Source: an uncultured Acidobacteriota bacterium (lineage in GTDB: Bacteria > Acidobacteriota > UBA6911). Taken from it: 64,000 bases of DNA. A program made the position numbers and the translations under genes. The notes under the pieces were generated by a model that had not been told where the DNA came from, did not search any database, and saw nothing but the letters and a program-made list of their open reading frames with translations. Of the stretch, positions 50,995-61,499 are shown one piece after another; position 1 is the first letter of the stretch; each line of letters starts with the position of its first letter. Location: NCBI GenBank assembly GCA_963827655.1, contig CAWHCF010000052.1, forward strand, positions 64,001 through 128,000, written 5' to 3'.

Positions 50995-52035
50995 ATGATG
51001 GCGCAAACCGCTCTGGTCCTTGGCGGGTCCGGCTACGTGGGAAACGTCCTGGTGGACGAACTCATGCAGCACGGCACCCGATGCATTAACGCCGACCTCG
51101 TCCCGCCTCATGAAAAGCTCTGTCTCTACGAACGGGTCGATATCCGCAACTCGAACGAAATCCGAAACCTTCTGAAGAAGCATCGGCCGGACCTCGTGGT
51201 CAACTCGACCGCAGCGGTCCCTCTGGTCCGCTCAGAAAAACTCTTTGAAGAAATCAACGTTCACGGAGTCCGAACGCTGCTGCAGGAATGTCTTGAAGCG
51301 CGCATTCCGAAATGTATTCACATTTCAACCTGCGGAATCTTTGGCATTCCCCGCAGGGTACCGATTACAGAGCAAAGCCCGCCTACCCCAGTCGAGGGGT
51401 ACGGCCGCAGCAAAACGAAGGGCGAAGCTGTGGTTCGTGAGTTCGTGGAACGTGGATTGGATATCACGATTCTTCGCCCGCGCAGCATGATGGGTTATCG
51501 CCGGCTGGGAATTTTCCACGTCGCCTTCGAATTGATGCGGTGCGGAAGGACCATGTGGACCTTCGGCCCAGGTTCGAACAGGATCCAGTTCCTGCATGTG
51601 CGCGACTTTGTGCGTGCCGTGCGGCTGGCGAGCCAGCGCCCGGGGGCGGGCCTTTATAATATCGGCGCCGAGAGGTTCGGTACTTTGAAAGAGGACCTTC
51701 AGCAGCTGGCCGAAGCCGCGGCGACGGGTTCCAGAGTGAGCGCCTGTCCTCGCTGGCTGGCCCTTGGCGTCATGAAAGCGCTGGCCGCGCTTCGCCTGTC
51801 GCCCGTCGTTCCTTACCAGTTCCTGCTATACGCCCATGACATCTACTTCGACGTGGAGCTCGCGAAGAAAGAATTAGGGTGGTCGAGCAAGTACTCAAAC
51901 GCAGAAATGATGATTGAATCATACCGCTGGTACGTCGATCACCACCACGAACTGCATCAGGACACCGATCCATCCGTGCAGCGCGTTCCTTTGAAGCTTG
52001 GGATGCTGAAGTTACTGAAATACCTTCCGATCTGA
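50995..52035 (+). CDS. NAD-dependent epimerase/dehydratase (extended SDR)
   Basis: LVLGGSGYVG, YGRSK catalytic motif, ILRP, FLHVRD. Confidence 0.88.
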   Translation: MMAQTALVLGGSGYVGNVLVDELMQHGTRCINADLVPPHEKLCLYERVDIRNSNEIRNLLKKHRPDLVVNSTAAVPLVRSEKLFEEINVHGVRTLLQECLEARIPKCIHISTCGIFGIPRRVPITEQSPPTPVEGYGRSKTKGEAVVREFVERGLDITILRPRSMMGYRRLGIFHVAFELMRCGRTMWTFGPGSNRIQFLHVRDFVRAVRLASQRPGAGLYNIGAERFGTLKEDLQQLAEAAATGSRVSACPRWLALGVMKALAALRLSPVVPYQFLLYAHDIYFDVELAKKELGWSSKYSNAEMMIESYRWYVDHHHELHQDTDPSVQRVPLKLGMLKLLKYLPI

Positions 52036-52037
52036 AT

Positions 52038-52111
52038 TAGGATCTAGGATCTAGGATTCAGGATCCAGGATCCAGCTAGACTAAATCCTAAATCCTAAAT
52101 CCTAAATCCTG
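52038..52111. repeat. 7-mer-array hairpin (family D, AGGATYY/AAATCCT)
   Basis: TAGGATCTAGGATCTAGGATTCAGGATCCAGGATCCAG ... TAAATCCTAAATCCTAAATCCTAAATCCTG, starting 2 nt after the epimerase stop. Confidence 0.88.
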
Positions 52112-52117
52112 CCTGCG

Positions 52118-52146
52118 TTGACTCCCTTAGTCGCGGCTCCTATACT
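52118..52146 (+). promoter_or_regulatory. putative sigma70 promoter of the lptC-lptB-rpoN operon
   Basis: TTGACT-N17-TATACT. Confidence 0.6.
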
Positions 52147-52178
52147 GCATGAGACACTAGCACGCAGTCGGAGGGAAA

Positions 52179-54672
52179 TTGCATCTGCGGCACGTAAGAC
52201 TTCTGCGTCGGGCGCTCCTGGCCTTGATCGTGCTGGTTCTCGTCGCCGTCTCGGCCAATTACCTGGAAAGCTGGCGGCGCCGTTCGCGCATCATAACTGA
52301 AGCGGCCAAGCTTCTCAGCGCAGACGCGCTCCGTTCAGCCGATAGCATCGAGTACTCCCAACACGAGAAGGGTCTCGTTCGTTTCAAGATTCGCGCTGAC
52401 CGGCTGCTCGAGACGCGCGAAGGCAAGAGCTACCTCGAGGGAATCGAGGCCTTCGATTTCAAGCCGGACGGCTCAATCCAGAATCATATCCGCAGTCGCC
52501 AGGCGCGGTACGACCGGGAACACAAGAAAGTCCTTTTTTCCGGAAACGTCCGGATCCAGATGGGCGAGGGCCTCGAGTTGCAGACCGACACCCTGCACTA
52601 TGATCTGCAAGCCAACCTGGGCACGACCGAGGACCGTCTAAGGCTCGCTTCGAGCGACATGGCAGGCTCGGCCAAGGGAGTGAGATATCAGCATCAGCCG
52701 AAATTCCTCGAGCTGCACAGCGAGATTGACTTCACATTGAAGCGGACCGTGACCGCGAAAGATGGTTCGTCCAAAGTAGAGAATGTGCGAATCACAGCCG
52801 CGAGGGCTACCTATTCGGAAGCCGATCAGCGTCTTCACTTTCAGGGCAATACATCGCTGGAGTCCGAGACGGATTCGCTTTCCGGTGAAGAACTCGTGGC
52901 AACTTTGAGCGCAGATAGAAAACAGATTACTTCCATGCTTTGTCGTGGGAACGCCCAATATCAGGTTAAGGATCCCTCGGAAACCCGGGCGCTCAAGGGC
53001 GACCAGATTGCATTCGCAATCAACTCCCCTTCCGGGGCTCTGGAGCGAATCGACGTCGAAGGGCATGCGGTCTTTTCGTCGAAGAGCCAGGACAACGAAC
53101 AGGAGTTGCGTGGTTCGGAGATCCATCTTGAAATGGATCCCGACCGAGGAATTGCCCGCGACGTGCAATGCCGTCACTCGGTTCAGTTTCATCTCAGGCG
53201 TGGCGCCAACGCAAGCCGGGCCGAAGGCGAAAACCTGCAAGCAGCGTTCTTTTCCGGAACCAGCTTGATGGAGCGCGTAAGAATCTGGGAACGCGCTCGG
53301 CTGCTTACCACGAATGATTCCGAACGGGGCAATGATGACCTGAGGGCCGAGGAAATACGGATTTCTTTCCGGAACTTCGAAGGTCGCAGCGTTCCGAGCG
53401 AACTCCAGGCGGAGCGTTCCGTCGAATGGAAGACACCGCCACGCAAGGAACGGCCGGGTACTCGTCCGGAGCCGGGGCGCTCTCTAACGGCTGCCTTCCT
53501 GAAAATGCTCTACGACGAGAGAGGCGAGACCCCGGACTCGGGCGAGCGCTTCCGGATCCGTGGTGGTGTCGGGCGTACCGGTTGGAGGACCTTCCAATCA
53601 GGAAATCCGCCGGTTGCAGGCCGACGGCATTCAATTCCGGATTTTTCCTGGCAGCAATCGCCTCAAGCTCTTCGAAGGCTCCGGAAATGTCAGGGTCTTT
53701 TTCCAGAAACCACCCGATCCCGCTACCGACGCTCCCGCCCAGGAATTCAATACTTCGAGCAAGGATATCCGCGCCACCTTCAGCGAAAAAGACGGGACTG
53801 CCGAAACAGTGTCGCAATGGGGCAACTTTCGTTATGAGGATCGTTCACGCAGCGCCACGTCCGGTAGAGCAGACTACCAGGCTGCTGCCGAAATCATGAT
53901 TCTGCGCGAGTCGCCCAAAATCGCTGATGCCAATGGGACCACGACGGGTGAGGTTGTGGAGTACGATCAAAAAAACAGGAACCTGTCTGTGAACAAGACC
54001 GTGCGCACCGTGCTTCGGCCTCAAGAAGGTGAATTGCGCGGACCGTTTGCCCCCTCCTCAAACTCGGCGTCCCCCAGCGTGGTGACTGCGGAGTCGATGC
54101 AATACTGGAGTGAGGACGGGCGAGCGCGCTACTCGGGCAGCGTCCAAATGCTCTCCGAGAATGGACAGCTCCAGTCAAAAGCCTTGGAGATTCTCGAAGG
54201 CGGAGAAAGGGTGGAGGCCGACGGCGACGTGCGCCATCTGGTTCTGCGCCATAGCGCGGCCGTCCAATCCAAAAACGAGACAACTGCGTCGCGCGCTCAA
54301 AAAAAAGAAAAGGACTCCCGGGTGTTTATTCGAAGCGATCGGCTGCGCTACGTTAGAGAGCAAAACTCCATCCATTACGCGGGGAACGTTTCGCTGAAAT
54401 CCGAAGACGCAACGATGTCATCCGAAAGCCTCGACGCTGTCTTCGACAGGGAAGGAAAGCAGATCGACCGCGCTGCCGCGCGGGGAAAGATCTTGATCCG
54501 GCAATCGAGTCGCCAGGTAAACGGAGAGTTTGCGGACTACTACCTCTCGCCCGGCAAGTTCGTGGTAACCGGAAGCCCGGCTGAGATTCTGGATCCGGAG
54601 AGAGGGAAGTCCCGGGCCGGCAGGTTGACATTCTTCAGCACCGATGATAGGATCCTGCTCGAAAACCACTAA
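52179..54672 (+). CDS. lptC: Large LptC/LptA(OstA)-repeat LPS export protein (frameshift near 53545, probable sequence error)
   Basis: N-terminal TM, repeated beta-jellyroll motifs (ARYDREHKKVLFSGNVRI, ADYQAAAEIMILRESP, IHYAGNVSL); two overlapping ORFs join by one indel; upstream of lptB. Confidence 0.8.
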
Positions 54673-54705
54673 GGGGCCTAAGAGCTTGGGTTTCAATGAC
54701 TTTGG

Positions 54706-55437
54706 ATGACTACTAGCACGTTGCGAGCCTCGGGTCTCTCAAAGGCCTATCGAGGCAGGAAGGTGGTCAACGAGGTCAGTCTCAGGCTCACCCAGGGAGA
54801 GGTTGTCGGTCTACTGGGACCCAACGGCGCCGGAAAAACCACGACGTTTTACATCATTGTCGGTCTCATTTCTCCCGATAGCGGGCGCGTGTTCGTCAAC
54901 GACATTGAGATTACCAGCCTGCCCATGTATCAACGGGCGCGCTCGGGGATCAGTTACCTGCCACAGGAGCCTTCGGTTTTTCGAAAGTTGAACGTCGAAG
55001 AAAATCTCAAGAGTATTGCGGAAACTATGAGCGTGACGGGCGAAGAGCAGGAGGCGCTCGTCAACGGCCTGCTTGAAGAATTCGGCATCGAGCACCTGCG
55101 CCGGCAGGGAGCTTATACGCTTTCAGGCGGAGAACGGAGACGGCTTGAAATAGCTCGGGCCCTTGTCCGGACGCCGAAGTTCATTCTGCTCGACGAACCC
55201 TTCGCCGGCATAGACCCGCTTGCCGTCCTGGACATCCAGCGGATCGTTGCCCGGTTCAAGGAAAAGAACATAGGCGTTCTGATAACCGACCACAATGTGC
55301 GGGAGACTTTGAATATCACGGACCGTGCCTATATAATAACCGAGGGTAAAATCCTGCGAGACGGGTCTCCGGAGGAACTCACCAACGACTTGGAAGTCAA
55401 GAAGGTTTACTTGGGCGAGCATTTCAGACTGAATTGA
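54706..55437 (+). CDS. lptB: LPS export ABC transporter ATPase
   Basis: [59 protein letters not shown]. Confidence 0.96.
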   Translation: MTTSTLRASGLSKAYRGRKVVNEVSLRLTQGEVVGLLGPNGAGKTTTFYIIVGLISPDSGRVFVNDIEITSLPMYQRARSGISYLPQEPSVFRKLNVEENLKSIAETMSVTGEEQEALVNGLLEEFGIEHLRRQGAYTLSGGERRRLEIARALVRTPKFILLDEPFAGIDPLAVLDIQRIVARFKEKNIGVLITDHNVRETLNITDRAYIITEGKILRDGSPEELTNDLEVKKVYLGEHFRLN

Positions 55438-55441
55438 GCTC

Positions 55442-56902
55442 ATGAATACCAACCGCCGGCCGAACTTGAGACAATCGCTCGACCTACGACTAGCCCCTAG
55501 GCTCGCGCTTACTCCGTCGCTACTCCAGAAAATCGAGCTGCTGCAGCTGAACAAACTGGAACTGCAGGAAATGCTTAATCAGGAGCTGACGGAGAATCCG
55601 ATACTTGAGGAAGTACTTGAACAGGAAACCCCCAAGGAACTTGGCCTGGAGGAGCGCTCCGCAGACGAACCTGCGGTCAAAGAAGAGCCCCAGCCGGACG
55701 GGGAACGGGATTCATTTGATGAGATCGACTTCCGCTATTTTTTCGATGAGTACCTGGACACGGGTTACAAGAACCGCGAGATTGAAGACTCCGATAAGCC
55801 ATCTTTCGAATCCTTTCTCGTCCGTTCTCCCACTCTCAGCGATCATCTCTTGTGGCAACTCGGGCTTTCAGGAACCGAACCGCGGATGGCCGAGATCGCC
55901 GAGGAGATCATCGGCAACCTCAACGAGGACGGTTATCTTCTGGTTACACTCGAGGAAGTGTGCGAGCTGGCGTCATGCAATCTCGAAGAAGCTCAGCAGG
56001 CGCTCCACGTCGTCCAGGAGATGGACCCGGTGGGAGTGGGCGCGCGAGACTTGCGTGAATGCTTGTCCCTGCAGCTCGAGTCGTTGAATCTGCGGGACAC
56101 CCTGGCCTGGCGCGTGGTTCAAGAGCATCTACCTCTCCTGGAAACTCACAAGTTCAAAGAGGTGGCGAGCCGCACCGGTTCGACCTTCGAGGAGGTGCTG
56201 CGTGCGGTCGATACCATCAAACACCTCATTCCAAAGCCTGGTCAAAAACACAACTCTCAAAAAGCCGCCTATGTTCAGCCTGAGGTGACGATCGCAAAAG
56301 TGAACGACGAATTCGTCATTATCCAGAATGACGAGGGTATGCCGCATCTCAGACTCAATGCGCGCTATCGTGACCTTTTGAAGAATAACGGCGTGACCGG
56401 CGAGGCCAAGACCTTCTTAAGAGAGAAATTTCGTTCCGCGGTGGATCTTTTGCGAAGTGTCAGCCAGCGCAAGCAGACAATCTACAAGGTGTGCGCTTGT
56501 ATTTTGAACCGGCAGCGGGAATTCCTCGAGCAGGGACCTTCGGCTTTGCGTCCTATGTTGATCAAGGACGTAGCCAGCGAGCTGGGAGTTCACAGCTCGA
56601 CGATCAGCAGAGTTGTCACCAACAAATATGTGGATACGCCCCAGGGAGTCATCGAGCTGCGAAAGTTCTTCACAATGGGAGTAGAGAATCCTGATGGCCA
56701 GGAAGTATCGATAGTTCAGGTCAAACTCAAGCTAAGGAAGATGATCGAGAACGAGAGTAAATCAAAACCGTATTCAGACAACCAACTGGGGCAGCTGCTG
56801 CGCCGCGATAATATCTTCATTACCCGTCGCACCGTAGCGAAATACCGGGAACAGATGCAGATTCCAGGTTCCCGCGAACGAAAGATCGGGTATCTCTTCT
56901 GA
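55442..56902 (+). CDS. rpoN: RNA polymerase sigma-54 factor
   Basis: Leu/Gln-rich region I, PVGVGARDLRECL, HSSTISR, RpoN box RRTVAKYRE. Confidence 0.96.
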   Translation: MNTNRRPNLRQSLDLRLAPRLALTPSLLQKIELLQLNKLELQEMLNQELTENPILEEVLEQETPKELGLEERSADEPAVKEEPQPDGERDSFDEIDFRYFFDEYLDTGYKNREIEDSDKPSFESFLVRSPTLSDHLLWQLGLSGTEPRMAEIAEEIIGNLNEDGYLLVTLEEVCELASCNLEEAQQALHVVQEMDPVGVGARDLRECLSLQLESLNLRDTLAWRVVQEHLPLLETHKFKEVASRTGSTFEEVLRAVDTIKHLIPKPGQKHNSQKAAYVQPEVTIAKVNDEFVIIQNDEGMPHLRLNARYRDLLKNNGVTGEAKTFLREKFRSAVDLLRSVSQRKQTIYKVCACILNRQREFLEQGPSALRPMLIKDVASELGVHSSTISRVVTNKYVDTPQGVIELRKFFTMGVENPDGQEVSIVQVKLKLRKMIENESKSKPYSDNQLGQLLRRDNIFITRRTVAKYREQMQIPGSRERKIGYLF

Positions 56903-57002
56903 GATCGCCGGTCTTCTTTACTCATTCCGCACTACTGGTATTCTGGATGTCCACCAGGCCCGCGAAATGATGTTTGGTCCGAGATCTCGAGGGGTAATAC
57001 CG

Positions 57003-57533
57003 ATGAACGTCGAAATAACGGGCCGGCACATTCTCATCACGCCGGCCATTCGATCTTACGTGCTGAAGAGGCTTCGTAAATTCACAAAGATTCTCGGGAG
57101 TGATCTCAGTTTTCACGTTATCATCGCGGTCGAAAAAGACCGGCACAGTGCCGAGATTCTTTTGAAATCGAAGCTGCTTGACCTTACCGGAACGAGCGAA
57201 ACCAAGGACATGTATTCTTCAATCGTCCTGGCGCTCGAAAAACTCGAGCGCCAGGCGCTTAAGCACAAGACCAAGATCATCGAAAAGAAGCGTCATCTGG
57301 CAAAAGTGAAATCGGTCGCGGAGAAAAGCGGAGTTGGGGTGGTCCCCGTCGGATTAGGCCGAAACGGCATTCTGGAAGAAGAGGCCCACAAGAAGCCGAT
57401 GGGACTCGAAGAAGCGGTGCTCGAATTGGGACAGTCAGACTACCCCTTTGTCGTTTTTCGCAGTTCCGAATCAGGCGCCGTAAACGTTCTGTACCGCCGG
57501 AAGGACGGCTCATTGGGTCTGATCCACGCTTGA
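57003..57533 (+). CDS. hpf: Ribosome hibernation promoting factor (long HPF/RaiA)
   Basis: MNVEITGRHI..TPAIR.Y..KRL, DMYSSI..KLERQ, C-terminal KPM..EEAV..NVLYRRKDGSLGLI. Confidence 0.92.
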   Translation: MNVEITGRHILITPAIRSYVLKRLRKFTKILGSDLSFHVIIAVEKDRHSAEILLKSKLLDLTGTSETKDMYSSIVLALEKLERQALKHKTKIIEKKRHLAKVKSVAEKSGVGVVPVGLGRNGILEEEAHKKPMGLEEAVLELGQSDYPFVVFRSSESGAVNVLYRRKDGSLGLIHA

Positions 57534-57655
57534 GAGCTGCATCACCTCTTGAGTCTTCGTGGCTGGTTTTTTCCTCTGCGCTTTGCCACGCGGGCGAAAG
57601 TTAGAAGGCTCTTCCCGTTACGAAGCAGGCCGCTTACGACCGTCACCTGAATGCC

Positions 57656-58516
57656 ATGAGTCTGCAGGATCTTGTCGTCGTCACCGGCATGAGCGGGTCC
57701 GGAAAAGGGACTGTGCTCAAAGCCTTCGAGGATCTCGGTTTCTTTTGCATCGATAACCTCCCCGTTCCACTGATACCCAAGTTCATCGAAGGAATCCACG
57801 TTAGTGGAGGCGAGGTCGAAAGGGCGGCGCTAGTGATAGACGTTCGCGCAGGCGAAAAGCTGCGCGATCTCGAGAAGATGATCACCGAGATCAGAAAATT
57901 CGAGTTCCGGTTGTTCGTCCTTTACCTCGAGGCGCGCAACGAGATTCTCGTCCGAAGGTTCAGTGAAACCAGGCGACCGCACCCTCTGGTCGGTGAAAAA
58001 TCGCTGCCCGACGCCATCCGTCTCGAGAGGAAACAGTTGCGCCCGATCCGGGAGCTTGCCGACGTGATCATCGACACATCGGAATACTCCATCCACCAGG
58101 TAAAGGCTCTGGTCATGGATCGCTTCCGGTCGCATCCGCGGGGGGCGTTGAACGTGAACCTCGTAAGTTTCGGCTACAAGCATGGGGTGCCGCTGGAAGC
58201 GGATCTCGTCTTTGATGTCCGCTTTCTCCCTAATCCGTACTTCGTTTCAGGTTTGAGATCTCTGACCGGGCAGGACCGCAGGGTGATAAAGTATCTTCGC
58301 TCGGTACCAGAGACACTGGAGTTCGTCCAGCGAGTCAAGGACTTCCTCCAATATCTCATCCCATTTTACGTCCGGGAGGGGAAAAGCTATCTGACCATTG
58401 CGATTGGGTGCACGGGAGGACGTCACCGCTCCGTCTTCGTGGTTGAAGAGTTGGCTCGGCTTCTCAAACTGCGAACAGCGTCCATTCGAATTCGACATCG
58501 CGATCCGTATCGCTGA
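57656..58516 (+). CDS. rapZ: RNase adapter RapZ/YvcJ P-loop protein
   Basis: VTGMSGSGK, IDNLP, FSETRRPHPL, SFGYKHG, DVRFLPNP, IGCTGGRHRSV. Confidence 0.95.
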   Translation: MSLQDLVVVTGMSGSGKGTVLKAFEDLGFFCIDNLPVPLIPKFIEGIHVSGGEVERAALVIDVRAGEKLRDLEKMITEIRKFEFRLFVLYLEARNEILVRRFSETRRPHPLVGEKSLPDAIRLERKQLRPIRELADVIIDTSEYSIHQVKALVMDRFRSHPRGALNVNLVSFGYKHGVPLEADLVFDVRFLPNPYFVSGLRSLTGQDRRVIKYLRSVPETLEFVQRVKDFLQYLIPFYVREGKSYLTIAIGCTGGRHRSVFVVEELARLLKLRTASIRIRHRDPYR

Positions 58517-58630
58517 GGACGGCGGGTTTGGAGTGCCCCTTTCTTCAGTCCGGCCATTTTCGCGAGGCTCGGCGGCAAGCTCAGCAAGATTGCGCACTAT
58601 GGACAGAATGCCTGGTTGCCAGGAGGTAGC

Positions 58631-59029
58631 ATGATCGGCGCTCTAGCGGTGACCCATGGTCAACTCGCTCACGAACTCGTGGCTGCGGCAGAAATGATCG
58701 TGGGCGAAATCTCTCATATCCAGGCCGTGTCCATTGGATGGCACGATGACGTCAACGACGCGCGCAGGGAGATCGAGAGGCGTATCGCCGAGGTCGAGCA
58801 TGGCGCCGGAGTACTCATCCTCACCGACATGTTCGGAGGGACTCCCTCGAACATCGCGTTTTCCTTTCATGAGCCGGGCAAAGTCGATGTGGTCACCGGG
58901 GTCAATCTTCCCATGATCATCAGGATTGCCACGCAGAAAGAGGGAGAAACGCTCGATTCGATGGCGCGCGGTGTGCGAGATCAGGGCCGGTCCAGCATCT
59001 CAATGGCGAGCGACTTTCTCGGCGCATGA
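58631..59029 (+). CDS. PTS EIIA component, mannose/fructose family
   Basis: VTHGQLA, LTDMFGGTPSN, VTGVNLPM. Confidence 0.92.
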   Translation: MIGALAVTHGQLAHELVAAAEMIVGEISHIQAVSIGWHDDVNDARREIERRIAEVEHGAGVLILTDMFGGTPSNIAFSFHEPGKVDVVTGVNLPMIIRIATQKEGETLDSMARGVRDQGRSSISMASDFLGA

Positions 59030-59301
59030 TCCGACATCTCATCCAGGTGCAAAATCGGCTGGGGTTGCATGCCCGCGCGGCGGCCAAGCTGGTCCGGTTG
59101 ACCTCGCGCTTCAGGAGCGAGATCCTGCTCTCACGCAACGGAACCAACCAGCAGGCCGACGCCAGGAGTATTCTGGGGGTCCTTATGCTGGCCGCGTCTC
59201 AAGGGACGTCACTGGTTGTCTCGATCGATGGAGAAGACGAGGCCGAGGCTGGTGCCGCCATTCTGCGCCTGTTCGAAGAGAAGTTTGGAGAAGAGAATTG
59301 A
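59026..59301 (+). CDS. ptsH: Phosphocarrier protein HPr
   Basis: NRLGLHARAAAKLV (His15), DARSILGVLML (Ser46). Confidence 0.93.
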   Translation: MIRHLIQVQNRLGLHARAAAKLVRLTSRFRSEILLSRNGTNQQADARSILGVLMLAASQGTSLVVSIDGEDEAEAGAAILRLFEEKFGEEN

Positions 59302-61118
59302 TCACCTCGAAACCCGAACACATCTTTCATGGAAATGGTGTTTCGCCCGGCCTGGCGATAGGTAACGCGCTGAAACTGGACACGCGCAACCATGTGGTCT
59401 TCAAAATCCATGTTGATCCATCTTTAGTGGAAAGAGAGGTAGGACGTTTCCGCCGCGCCGTGCAAGCGTCGAAAGAACAGTTGGAAGCCCGGAAATCCCG
59501 GCTGGAAGAAAAGGTGGGACATGAGCATAGCTACATTCTTGATGCCCACATCCTCATGCTGGAAGACCCGAGCCTGCTCGTGGAGATCGAATCGAACATA
59601 CAGGCCGACAAGGTGAATGCCGAATGGGCCGTTCGTCGAGCGACCGATCGCATGCGCCGCGCCTATGAGTCTTTGGAAGACGAGTATTTCCGCGACCGGG
59701 TCAGCGACATCGAAAACGTAATGGGTCGCATCCTTGTCAATCTATCCGGTGATAACCAGGTGGGGTGGGATGCGTTGCCCGATGATCTCATCCTCGTGTC
59801 GAATGACTTCGATCCGACGACCTTCGCCACACTGGATCTTCAGAAGATCAGGGGATTGGCTCTGGAGTCTGGAGGACGAACTTCACACACCGCTATCATT
59901 GCCAGGAGCCTTCGACTTCCGGCGGTCATGGAAGTACGCGAGTTTCTCAACTCCGTTACCACTGGAGATACCGTGCTGCTCGACGGAGATGAAGGCCTGG
60001 TCGTGATAAATCCTTCTCAGAGTCGAGTCCATAGCATTCATACGCGCCTGGAAGAATTCAGGTCGATGGCCGACATCCCGTCCATTCCATTAGAATCGCC
60101 CAATCTAAGCCGGGAAGGGTTGGCCATCTCGCTGCGCGCCAACCTCGAGGTACCTCACGAAGTCGAAGCCGCCAGGAAATGCGGAGCCGAAGGCATAGGG
60201 CTCTTCCGTTCAGAATTCCTCTTCTTCGCTCATCCCACCGGCTTTCCACAATTGCACGAACAAATCGCAACCTACCGGATGCTGGCCGAAGCCGTCCACC
60301 CCTTTCCCGTAACCATTCGCACCCTGGATGCGGGTCCAGACAAAGTCGCGCCGGGCACGGAGTTCGAAACCCAGCGCAATCCGAGCATGGGAATCCGCGG
60401 CATACGCATGAGCCTTCAGTCGCCGGCACTCTTTGAGATCCAGGTTGAGGCGATCTTGCGCTCTAGTTCCTCGGGCAAAATGCAGATCGTACTTCCGATG
60501 GTATCGACCCTGGAAGAAATCTGGGAAGCCAGGGCGTTGATCGATGGTGTGCGCTCTCGCCTCGACCGTTTACACCAGGGGCCAGGCCCGGTTCCGCTCG
60601 GCATCATGGTTGAGGTGCCCGCAGCGGTTCTGGCGCTGGAAGGGCTGGCCCGTGAGGTAGACTTCGTATGCGTCGGAACCAATGATCTGGTTCAGTACAC
60701 GCTCGCGGTCGATCGCAGCAATCCGCAAGTGTCCTATCTGTTTCAGCCGTTGCATCCTTCAATCCTCCAGTGTCTGAGCCGCGTAGCGGAAGTAACGCGA
60801 AATCAGAACAAGCCAGTCAGGATTTGTGGCGAGATCTCGGCCAATCCGTTCGTTGCCGTGTTGCTGCTTGGGTTGGGTTTCGGCGACTTGAGCATGAACG
60901 CCTACTCGATTCCGGTAATTCGCAGCGTGCTTAACTCGGTAAGGCTTGATTCTGCCTCCAGGCTGGCCGAGAGGGCGCTGAGTTTCGCAACCGCCAGAGA
61001 GGTTGCAGACTACCTGATCGAGACCGTGTCGGAATTGGTTCGGATCGATCTGGCGCCGTACATCAGAGAGATCAGGAATCAGAGCGAAAGCACGGGCGTA
61101 AGCACCGTACGCCCCTGA
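59298..61118 (+). CDS. ptsP: PEP-protein phosphotransferase, enzyme I
   Basis: TTG start overlapping the HPr stop; GGRTSHTAI, GIGLFRSEF, RTLD, GTNDLVQY, ICGE. Confidence 0.93.
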   Translation: MITSKPEHIFHGNGVSPGLAIGNALKLDTRNHVVFKIHVDPSLVEREVGRFRRAVQASKEQLEARKSRLEEKVGHEHSYILDAHILMLEDPSLLVEIESNIQADKVNAEWAVRRATDRMRRAYESLEDEYFRDRVSDIENVMGRILVNLSGDNQVGWDALPDDLILVSNDFDPTTFATLDLQKIRGLALESGGRTSHTAIIARSLRLPAVMEVREFLNSVTTGDTVLLDGDEGLVVINPSQSRVHSIHTRLEEFRSMADIPSIPLESPNLSREGLAISLRANLEVPHEVEAARKCGAEGIGLFRSEFLFFAHPTGFPQLHEQIATYRMLAEAVHPFPVTIRTLDAGPDKVAPGTEFETQRNPSMGIRGIRMSLQSPALFEIQVEAILRSSSSGKMQIVLPMVSTLEEIWEARALIDGVRSRLDRLHQGPGPVPLGIMVEVPAAVLALEGLAREVDFVCVGTNDLVQYTLAVDRSNPQVSYLFQPLHPSILQCLSRVAEVTRNQNKPVRICGEISANPFVAVLLLGLGFGDLSMNAYSIPVIRSVLNSVRLDSASRLAERALSFATAREVADYLIETVSELVRIDLAPYIREIRNQSESTGVSTVRP

Positions 61119-61157
61119 CCCCTTGGACGGCAGGAGTCACGTTCCCGCGCTTCTCTC

Positions 61158-61400
61158 AGGGTTCGCGCAGAAATAAGTTCACATTCTGCTGCAGGCCCCC
61201 AGGCCCGCTGCCGAGGCGCGAGCGACGATGCGTACCCGGCGCGGTACGTGAGGAGCGAGCGACAATGCCAGCGGGCCTGGGGGCGGCAGCCCGATGGCGC
61301 GTCCTGAAGGTGCCAGTCTAGGCAGCCGAGAGAAACCACGGTTCAATAATGGATCACCGACTCTGGCGCCAGAATGCGAAGTTATTTCTGCGCGAACCCT
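61158..61400. mobile_element. 243-bp MITE with 31-bp terminal inverted repeats
   Basis: AGGGTTCGCGCAGAAATAAGTTCACATTCTG ... CAGAATGCGAAGTTATTTCTGCGCGAACCCT (2 mismatches); internal perfect 16-bp inverted repeat 61195-61210 / 61269-61284. Confidence 0.85.
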
Positions 61401-61499
61401 TTATGTGACATAATTTTGTCGACCGGTCAGGCGGATTTGGATGAGAAATTACCAGGGATCTTACATCCAATTGAGTAGTCGCTCCGGGCGGAGAGTTAT

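Noticed and set aside
56903-57002. Sigma-54 promoter upstream of hpf
   Set aside because: No TGGCAC-N5-TTGC-like match found.
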